Source: Vicinamibacterales bacterium
GTDB lineage: Bacteria; Acidobacteriota; Vicinamibacteria; Vicinamibacterales; CAVVIG01
Reading direction: 5' to 3'
Assembly: GCA_035537875.1 (NCBI GenBank)
Contig: DATLLJ010000037.1
Span: 138,315-202,314 of the forward strand
DNA length: 64,000 nucleotides
The notes beneath the pieces were generated by a model. It did no database searches and was not told the DNA's origin. It was given only the letters and a program-made list of their open reading frames with translations. Below are positions 57,089 to 64,000 of this stretch, piece by piece. Position 1 is the stretch's first letter; each line of letters starts with the position of its first letter. The position numbers and the translations under genes were made by a program.

Positions 57089-57703
57089 CTAGTCGGGGGC
57101 GGGAGGCGGCGGGTTCTCGCAGATGGCGATGCCGGCGCCATTGCTGGGCTGGCCGGCGCAGTACTGGAGCACCGCGCGGCGCAGGTCGTCCCGCGCCGCC
57201 GCCTCAGCCGCTCCACGCTCGGCCTTGGTCGCGGATGCCACGGCCTTCTTGACGAGGTAGGTCCCCGCCAGCGTTTCGATGATGATGGTCATCAGCTCCG
57301 GCTGGTTGAACGCGGCATAGGGCTGCCGCAAGGGGTTCGACACCGACGGGAACATGACCCGCTGCATTTCGGCTGCGTACAGACCGCCGGCTGGAACCGG
57401 CCCGCCCGAGAAATCGAGAGTCGAGAGGATATCCTGCAGCCGGTTGCGCTCCTGCACCTCCACGCGGAACGTTGGCAGATCGCGCGGGCCCTGGATGGGA
57501 AACAACGGCGGTCGCTCGAGCTCTTTTCGAATGCGGTCGAGGGAGACGGGCAGTTCGAAGGCCGGCGCCAGGTTGGTGGACGGGGAAGACGTCTGGACGG
57601 GGGCCGTCGGTGCCGGTGGAGGAGCCTCGGGCGCAGCGGCTTCCTGAGCCCAAACGGTGGCCGTCGTCCCCAGCGCTACCAACAGCAGAGCCACCCCGCG
57701 CAT
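57089..57703 (-). CDS. Hypothetical secreted protein (Pro/Ala-rich linker after the signal peptide)
   Basis: MRGVALLLVALGTTATVWAQEAAAPEAPPPAP..., 204 aa. No motif recognised. Confidence 0.5.
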   Translation of the reverse strand: MRGVALLLVALGTTATVWAQEAAAPEAPPPAPTAPVQTSSPSTNLAPAFELPVSLDRIRKELERPPLFPIQGPRDLPTFRVEVQERNRLQDILSTLDFSGGPVPAGGLYAAEMQRVMFPSVSNPLRQPYAAFNQPELMTIIIETLAGTYLVKKAVASATKAERGAAEAAARDDLRRAVLQYCAGQPSNGAGIAICENPPPPAPD

Positions 57704-57788
57704 ACTCTTAGGTTAAGACTATCCTTTCAGCCTCCAGGTTTGCACGACCAACGCCATCGGGCGCATAAAATAATCGTTCAGGAACCGG

Positions 57789-58676
57789 GTGCCCGAGCTT
57801 CCCGACGTTGTCCTCTATATAGACGCCCTGCAGCGCCGTATCGTCGGACAGCGTCTGGAGCGTCTCAGCCTCTCGAGCCCTTTCGTTCTCCGATCCGTGG
57901 AACCCGGCATCGACTCGATTGTGAAAGAGACGGTCACCGGTATCCGCCGTTCGGGCAAGCGGATTGTGCTCCAGTTCGATCCAGACGTGTTCCTCGCGAT
58001 GCACCTCATGATCGCGGGGCGGCTACGCTGGCGCGAACCGGGTGAGAAGCCACGAATTGCTCCGCGGGCGCTCCTGGCGACCTTTGAGATGTCGAATGGC
58101 ACACTCCTGTTTACTGAGGCTGCCTCCCACAAGCGCGCGTCCATCCAGCTGCTTCGTGGCGAGACCGCCTTTCGCGCTCTCGACCGCGGCGGCATCGAGC
58201 CGCTGGAGGCGACGCCCGAGGCGTTTCACGAAGCGCTGACCCGCGAAAACCATACGCTCAAGCGCGCGCTCACCGACCCCCGAATGTTCAGCGGCATCGG
58301 CAACGCTTATTCGGACGAGATTCTGCACGCCGCCCGCCTGTCGCCGCTGAAACAGACAAGGGCGGTCACCGAGGCGGAGCGCGGTCGCCTGTACCACGCC
58401 ACGCGGGACACGCTCCAGCGGTGGATTGACCGGCTGCGTGCGGAACTGTCCGGTCGGTTCCCGGAGAAAGTCACCGCCTTCCACGATCAGATGGCCGTCC
58501 ACGGGCGATTCAGACTGCCTTGCCCCGACTGTGGCACGCCGGTGCAAAGAATTGTGTACGCCTCGAACGAGTGCAATTACTGCGCGCGGTGCCAGACCGG
58601 CGGACGGCTGCTGGCCGATCGGTCGCTGTCGAGGTTGCTTCGCGAGGACTGGCCGCGCTCGATTGACGAACTCTAA
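57789..58676 (+). CDS. Fpg/Nei family DNA glycosylase/AP lyase
   Basis: GTG start giving (M)PELPDV with catalytic Pro2/Glu3. H2TH region SGIGNAYSDEILH and a C-terminal zinc finger CPDCG...CARCQ. Confidence 0.85.
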   Translation: MPELPDVVLYIDALQRRIVGQRLERLSLSSPFVLRSVEPGIDSIVKETVTGIRRSGKRIVLQFDPDVFLAMHLMIAGRLRWREPGEKPRIAPRALLATFEMSNGTLLFTEAASHKRASIQLLRGETAFRALDRGGIEPLEATPEAFHEALTRENHTLKRALTDPRMFSGIGNAYSDEILHAARLSPLKQTRAVTEAERGRLYHATRDTLQRWIDRLRAELSGRFPEKVTAFHDQMAVHGRFRLPCPDCGTPVQRIVYASNECNYCARCQTGGRLLADRSLSRLLREDWPRSIDEL

Positions 58677-58679
58677 TCA

Positions 58680-58695
58680 ATGAATGTAGATTCAT
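58680..58695. promoter_or_regulatory. AT-rich inverted repeat ATGAAT-gtag-ATTCAT immediately upstream of sahR copy 2
   Basis: Perfect 6-bp arms. It sits in the 23-nt gap between the fpg stop (58676) and GTG 58700. Confidence 0.3.
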
Positions 58696-58699
58696 AGAT

Positions 58700-59641
58700 G
58701 TGAGAAGCGTCACCGCCCTGTACCGGGTGCTTGGCGACGAGGGGCGTCTGCGTCTGCTGCGGCTGCTGTCCCGCGAGCGGCTCAACGTGACCGAGCTGAC
58801 GGGCATTCTGGGCCTGGCGCAGTCGGGCGTCTCACGCCATCTCGGTCTGCTCAAAGACGCCGGGCTCGTCGAGGAAGAGAAGGACGGGGGATTCAGTTAC
58901 TACCGGCTCGCTGTGCCCCTGGCCTCCGATGGCGACAACCCTCTCCGTGCGCTCCTCGATCGCCAGTTCATCGCGTCGGCCGGCGATCCGGTACTGCGGG
59001 CCGACGATGCGCGGCTGTACGAGGTATTGCGGGTGCGGCAGGAGAACTTCGAGGCGCATGCTGGCCCCGATACCCGCGATGCGCGGCAGCTCGTGCCCGG
59101 CCGCAGCTGGGCGGCCTGGTCGCGCGCGCTCGGCCTGCTGCTGCCGCCGCTGAAGGTTGCCGACCTCGGCTGTGGCGAGGGGTACTTGACGCTGGAAGCC
59201 GCGCGCTGGGCATCCACGGTGATTGGGGTCGATCGGTCCGAGGCGGTGTTGAGCCGTGCGCGCCGTCTCGCAGCGCGGCGGGCGGTCAAGAATATTCTGT
59301 GGAAGCGTGGGGAACTCGAAAAGCTTCCCCTTCGAGACGGTCGAGTGGACGTGGCGCTGTTATCGCAGGCGCTGCATCACGCGCAGGATCCGTCGCGTGC
59401 GGTCGCCGAGGCGGTGCGTGTCGTGGTGCCGGGCGGCCGAATTCTGGTCCTGGATCTTCGGACGCACAGCGAGACCTGGGTCCGCGCCAAGCTCGGCGAT
59501 CGCATTCTCGGGTTCTCCGACGGGGAGCTCAGGCGCCTGCTGGTTTCGGCGGGTCTCCGAGACGTCAGGATTTCCGTCGGCGCACGGAAGAGCGGCGATC
59601 CATTCGTCGTTCTGGTCGCGTGCGGAGTGAAGCCGCAATGA
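58700..59641 (+). CDS. sahR: ArsR-type HTH fused to a SAM-methyltransferase-fold domain (SahR-like regulator), copy 2
   Basis: [41 protein letters not shown], then DLGCGEGY...[15 protein letters not shown] overlap with the metH start. Confidence 0.6.
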   Translation: MRSVTALYRVLGDEGRLRLLRLLSRERLNVTELTGILGLAQSGVSRHLGLLKDAGLVEEEKDGGFSYYRLAVPLASDGDNPLRALLDRQFIASAGDPVLRADDARLYEVLRVRQENFEAHAGPDTRDARQLVPGRSWAAWSRALGLLLPPLKVADLGCGEGYLTLEAARWASTVIGVDRSEAVLSRARRLAARRAVKNILWKRGELEKLPLRDGRVDVALLSQALHHAQDPSRAVAEAVRVVVPGGRILVLDLRTHSETWVRAKLGDRILGFSDGELRRLLVSAGLRDVRISVGARKSGDPFVVLVACGVKPQ

Positions 59642-62600
59642 GCCGTCGCGTCCGCGGGATGCTCGACGTCCTGATGGCGAAGCGACTCCTCGTCCTCGAC
59701 GGGGCGATGGGGACGATGATCCAGCGCGAACGGCTCACCGAGGAAGAGTTTCGCGGCGAGCGGTTCAGACACCACCCGCGCGATCTCAAGGGCGACAACG
59801 ACCTGCTGGTGATCACTCGACCCGACGTGGTCAGCGGGATTCACCAGAAGTATCTCGAAGCCGGCAGCGACATCATCGAGACCAACACCTTCAACAGCAC
59901 GTCGATCGTTCAGGCGGACTACGGTCTCGAATCGCTGGCGTACGAGCTGAACGTGGCGGGTGCGCGGTTGGCCAGGCAGGCCTGCGACGAGTGGACGGCG
60001 CGCACCCCAGGGCAGCCGCGGTTCGTCGCGGGCGCGATCGGTCCGATGAACCGGACCCTGTCGATCTCGCCAGAAGTCAACAACCCGGCGTTCCGGGCGA
60101 CGACGTTCGACGAGATTCGGATTGCCTACACCGAACAGGTCCGAGGATTGATTGACGGTGGTGCCGACCTGCTCCTGGTCGAGACGGTGTTCGACACCCT
60201 CAATGCGAAGGCCGCTCTTGTGGCGATTCAGGAGGTCTTCGAGTCGACGTTGTCCGACCCTGAGACCCGGCCGCCCGTTATGGTGTCGGTGACGGTCACC
60301 GATCGCAGTGGACGCACCCTGTCGGGCCAGACGGTCGACGCGTTCTGGATCTCGATCTCCAACGTCAAGCCTTTCTCTGTTGGCGTCAACTGCGCGCTCG
60401 GCGCACGCGATATGCGGCCGTACCTCGCCGAGCTCGCGAGGATTGCCGACTGTTACGTCAGCTGCCACCCGAACGCGGGCCTTCCGAACGCCTTCGGGCT
60501 GTACGACGAGCAACCACACGAGACGGCCGCGTATCTTCGCGAATTCGCGCTCAGTGGTTTTGTCAACATCGTCGGCGGTTGCTGCGGCACGACTCCCGAG
60601 CACATTGCGGCGATCGCCGGCGCTGTACGCGACGTGGCGCCGAGACCTCGTCGGCCCGGCGGCCCGGGAGCAGGCGCCGAGTCGGACGGCACCGTTCGCC
60701 ATACCCAATTGTCGGGGCTGGAGGCGTTGACCATCCGCAGCGATTCGAATTTCCAGATGATCGGCGAGCGAACCAATGTGACGGGCTCGGCGAGGTTCGC
60801 GAGGCTGATCCGGGCCGGACAGTTCGCCGAGGCGGCGCAGGTGGCGCTGGACCAGGTCCGGGGAGGAGCCAACCTGATCGACATCAACATGGACGAAGGC
60901 ATGCTCGACTCCGAGCGCGCGATGACGGAGTTTCTCAACTACATCGCGACCGAACCGGAGATCGCGCGTGTGCCGTTCATGATCGACAGCTCCAAGTGGT
61001 CCGTCATCGTCGCCGGGCTGAAGTGTGTGCAGGGTAAGCCCGTCGTCAACTCGATCAGCCTGAAGGAAGGAGAAGACGATTTTCTTCGCAAGGCGGCCGT
61101 AATCAGGCAGTACGGGGCGGCGGTGGTCGTGATGGCGTTCGACGAACAGGGCCAGGCCGACACGATCGAGCGCAAGGTCTCAATTTGCCAGCGCGCGTAC
61201 CGGTTGCTGACCCGACAGGCCGGTTTCGATCCGTCGGACATCATCTTCGATCCCAACATCCTGGCGATCGCGACCGGGCTCGAAGAACACAACGCGTACG
61301 CCGTCAACTTCGTCGAAGCCACGCGCGTCATCAAGGCCACGTGTCCGGGCGTAAAGGTGAGCGGCGGCGTCAGCAACCTGTCGTTCTCGTTCCGTGGCAA
61401 CGAGCCAGTACGTGAGGCGATGCACTCGGCCTTTCTTTACCATGCCATCAGAGCGGGCCTGGACATGGGGATCGTCAACGCCGGGCAGCTCGTGGTGTAC
61501 GAGGACATTCCGCCGGACCTGCTGGAGCGCGTCGAAGACGTGATCTTCAACCGTCGAAGCGACGCGACCGAGCGGCTGATCGAGTTTGCCGCGACCGTGA
61601 AGGGCGGCGCCCAACGCAAGGAACAGGATTCGGCGTGGCGATCGGGCCCGGTGGCGGCCAGGTTATCTCACGCGCTGGTACACGGCATCACCGAGTTCCT
61701 GGACACCGACGTCGAGGAGGCGCGTCAGCTTTATCCGCGGCCGCTCGACGTCATCGAGGGGCCGTTGATGGACGGCATGAAAGTGGTCGGCGAGCTGTTC
61801 GGGGCGGGCAAGATGTTCCTGCCGCAGGTCGTCAAGAGCGCGCGGGCTATGAAGAAAGCCGTGGCGTATCTCGAGCCCTTCATGGAACGGGAAAAGGGAG
61901 GCGGGCAGCGGGCAAACGGAAAGATCGTCCTCGCCACGGTCAAGGGCGACGTTCACGACATCGGAAAGAACATCGTGGGAGTCGTGCTCGGATGCAACAA
62001 CTACGAGGTCATCGACCTGGGCGTCATGGTGCCGTGCGAGCGCATCCTTCGAACGGCCCGTGACGAAGGGGCCGATATCATCGGACTGAGCGGCCTCATC
62101 ACGCCATCGCTCGACGAGATGGTGGTCGTCGCCCAGGAGATGGAGCGCCAGCAGCTCCGCGTCCCGCTCCTGATCGGGGGCGCTACGACGAGCCCGCAGC
62201 ATACAGCGGTGAAGGTTGCGCCGGAGTACGGCCGGACCACGGTGCACGTCCTTGATGCGTCGCGTGTGGTGGACGTGGTCTCCAGCCTCCTGCGCGACGA
62301 GCGGCGTCCCGCCTTCGAAGGGGAAAATCGCGCCCTGCAGCTGCGCCTGCGAGAACAGCATGCCGCGCGCCGCGAGAGGCCGCTGCTGGGCTACGACGTG
62401 GCGCTGGCCAACCGGGCCCGCAGCGACTGGAAGAGTGTTCCAGTGGCCGTGCCCGCCTTTGTCGGACGCCGTGAGCTGCGCGACGTCGCGCTCGAAGAGC
62501 TGATCCCCTACATCGACTGGACGTTCTTCTTCGCAGCCTGGGAGCTGAAAGGGCGCTTTCCGGCGATTCTCGACCATCCACGGTACGGCAGCGCCGCCCG

Positions 62601-63366
62601 CGACCTTTACGCCACAGCCCGATCGCTTCTGGATCGGCTCGTCGCCGGAAAGCAGCTCAAAGCGAGCGGGGTGTACGGCTTCTGGCCCGCCTCGAGCGAA
62701 GGCGACGACATCATCGTGTACTCGGACCCCGACCGGTCCCGCGAGATCGTCCGCTTCAACATGTTGCGACAGCAGGAGCTGATGCCTGACGGAAAGCCGA
62801 ATCTGTCGCTCGCGGATTTCATCCGGCCACGGAGCGAGGAACCGCCATGCCCGGACTACCTCGGAGCGTTTGCGGTGACGGCAGGCCTTGGTGCCGACAG
62901 CCTGGTGGCGGACTACGAAGCGGCGAACGACGACTACTCGGCGATTCTCGTGAAGGCGCTCGCCGACAGGCTGGCCGAGGCGTTCGCCGCATATCTGCAC
63001 ACGCGCGCGCGGCGCGATTCGGGCATCGACGAGACGCTGAGCGCCGAGCAGATTGTCGCGGAGACACATCGTGGAATTCGGCCCGGGTTTGGATACCCCG
63101 CCTGCCCCGATCACAGCGAGAAGTTCAAGTTGTTCGACCTGCTGGACGCCACGCGAATAGGTCTGTCGCTGACCGAACATGCGGCGATGATCCCGGCCGC
63201 CAGTGTCTCCGGGCTGTACTTCGCGCATCCGCAAGCCAGGTACTTCACGGTGGGCCGGCTCGGTCCCGATCAGATCGCCGATTACGCCCGGCGAAAAGGG
63301 AAGCCACTTGAAGAGGTGGAGAGCTGGCTCTCTTCGAACCTCTCATACGGGCCTGCTCGATGCTGA
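59638..63366 (+). CDS. metH: Cobalamin-dependent methionine synthase
   Basis: From ATG 59638: [10 protein letters not shown] (Hcy domain), a pterin-binding region, the B12 motif [11 protein letters not shown], and a C-terminal activation domain ending [12 protein letters not shown]. 1242 aa. Confidence 0.95.
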   Translation: MSRRVRGMLDVLMAKRLLVLDGAMGTMIQRERLTEEEFRGERFRHHPRDLKGDNDLLVITRPDVVSGIHQKYLEAGSDIIETNTFNSTSIVQADYGLESLAYELNVAGARLARQACDEWTARTPGQPRFVAGAIGPMNRTLSISPEVNNPAFRATTFDEIRIAYTEQVRGLIDGGADLLLVETVFDTLNAKAALVAIQEVFESTLSDPETRPPVMVSVTVTDRSGRTLSGQTVDAFWISISNVKPFSVGVNCALGARDMRPYLAELARIADCYVSCHPNAGLPNAFGLYDEQPHETAAYLREFALSGFVNIVGGCCGTTPEHIAAIAGAVRDVAPRPRRPGGPGAGAESDGTVRHTQLSGLEALTIRSDSNFQMIGERTNVTGSARFARLIRAGQFAEAAQVALDQVRGGANLIDINMDEGMLDSERAMTEFLNYIATEPEIARVPFMIDSSKWSVIVAGLKCVQGKPVVNSISLKEGEDDFLRKAAVIRQYGAAVVVMAFDEQGQADTIERKVSICQRAYRLLTRQAGFDPSDIIFDPNILAIATGLEEHNAYAVNFVEATRVIKATCPGVKVSGGVSNLSFSFRGNEPVREAMHSAFLYHAIRAGLDMGIVNAGQLVVYEDIPPDLLERVEDVIFNRRSDATERLIEFAATVKGGAQRKEQDSAWRSGPVAARLSHALVHGITEFLDTDVEEARQLYPRPLDVIEGPLMDGMKVVGELFGAGKMFLPQVVKSARAMKKAVAYLEPFMEREKGGGQRANGKIVLATVKGDVHDIGKNIVGVVLGCNNYEVIDLGVMVPCERILRTARDEGADIIGLSGLITPSLDEMVVVAQEMERQQLRVPLLIGGATTSPQHTAVKVAPEYGRTTVHVLDASRVVDVVSSLLRDERRPAFEGENRALQLRLREQHAARRERPLLGYDVALANRARSDWKSVPVAVPAFVGRRELRDVALEELIPYIDWTFFFAAWELKGRFPAILDHPRYGSAARDLYATARSLLDRLVAGKQLKASGVYGFWPASSEGDDIIVYSDPDRSREIVRFNMLRQQELMPDGKPNLSLADFIRPRSEEPPCPDYLGAFAVTAGLGADSLVADYEAANDDYSAILVKALADRLAEAFAAYLHTRARRDSGIDETLSAEQIVAETHRGIRPGFGYPACPDHSEKFKLFDLLDATRIGLSLTEHAAMIPAASVSGLYFAHPQARYFTVGRLGPDQIADYARRKGKPLEEVESWLSSNLSYGPARC

Positions 63367-63378
63367 GAGGGCCGTCTG

Positions 63379-64000
63379 TCACGCGTCTGGCTTCTCACTG
63401 CCTGTGGCGACTGGTCTCGAAGGATCGCTGACCCACTCGCTCCACGATCCGGGGTACAGCTTGGCCCCCTGGATCCCGGCATGTTCCAGCGCGAGCAGAT
63501 TATGAGAGGCCTGCACGCCCGAGCCGCAGTAGGAGACGATGTGATCGGGGGACACATCGCCTGTGACGGCGCGAAGCCTCTCGCGCAGGTCCTCGGGCGT
63601 GCGGAACCCCCCCCGGTCGTTGAGATTTCGCTGGAAGAAGTAACTCGCCGCGCCAGGAATGTGGCCCGCCACCAGATCCATCGGCTCGACCTCGCCACGG
63701 TATCGCTCGGGTGCGCGCGCATCGAGCACGCGCCAGTCCGACCGGGCCGAAACGGTCGCGACGGTGTCGGCGGTAACGGTCATGTCGGATCGGGCTGATC
63801 CGTGAAATTCGGCCGCGGGACGGGAGCTGTCGGACTCAGAGACGACACGACCTTCCTCAACCCATCTGGCGAAGCCGCCGTCGAGGACTGCGACGGCGTC
63901 GTGGCCCATCCACCGCAGCAGCCACCACAAGCGGCTGGCGAACATGCCCGTATCCTGATCGTAGGCGACTACCTGATGGTCGCCGATTCCGAAACGACCA
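63379..64000 (-). CDS. Tandem-rhodanese sulfurtransferase (3-mercaptopyruvate/thiosulfate sulfurtransferase-like); 5' end beyond the window
   Basis: Active-site loop SYCGSGVQASH and ...HIPGAASYFF... The reading frame continues open to position 64000 (...GIGDHQVVAYDQDTGMFASRLWW). Confidence 0.8.
   Translation of the reverse strand, partial: GRFGIGDHQVVAYDQDTGMFASRLWWLLRWMGHDAVAVLDGGFARWVEEGRVVSESDSSRPAAEFHGSARSDMTVTADTVATVSARSDWRVLDARAPERYRGEVEPMDLVAGHIPGAASYFFQRNLNDRGGFRTPEDLRERLRAVTGDVSPDHIVSYCGSGVQASHNLLALEHAGIQGAKLYPGSWSEWVSDPSRPVATGSEKPDA

Noticed and set aside
59377-63234. Minus-strand ORFs of 443 and 523 aa inside metH
   Set aside because: They are antisense shadow ORFs. The plus-strand frame encodes all MetH domains, including the DxHxxG B12 motif.

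Overview
High-GC bacterial chromosomal segment, most likely Acidobacteriota. This is inferred from an ADOP-type duplicated MacB-like permease, alternative complex III genes and bacillithiol genes. I call about 53 protein genes plus two micro-ORFs. They are densely packed, with many 4-nt start/stop overlaps. By eye I saw no rRNA, tRNA, CRISPR array, transposase or integrase.

Content, left to right:
- actA-actB of alternative complex III.
- A PDO-type double-thioredoxin-fold gene interrupted by an in-frame TGA exactly where the first Cys of its C-terminal CxxC should be (candidate selenoprotein, with a hairpin downstream).
- An M61 peptidase and an M16 peptidase pair.
- An FAD-linked oxidase, an ArgH-like lyase and an SSS transporter.
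- purE-purK, each preceded by the same 35-nt motif.
- lgt, with an apparent +1 frameshift.
- panE and murI.
- A five-gene coupled operon containing bshB1-bshA.
- 2-oxoacid dehydrogenase E1 alpha/beta.
- A six-gene coupled glycan/glycoconjugate locus led by a 1300-aa GH-like/GT2/TM/NHL fusion protein.
- A hisIGDCBHFA operon preceded by a His-rich leader peptide plus an intrinsic terminator (attenuator).
- A YtrA-type regulator with a stomatin-like gene.
- ahcY and metH, each paired with its own ArsR-methyltransferase-fold (SahR-like) regulator.

All functional calls come from my own reading of the translations (motifs and remembered family features), not from database searches. The ORF track reports the longest ORF using ATG, GTG or TTG starts, so several starts were moved inward.
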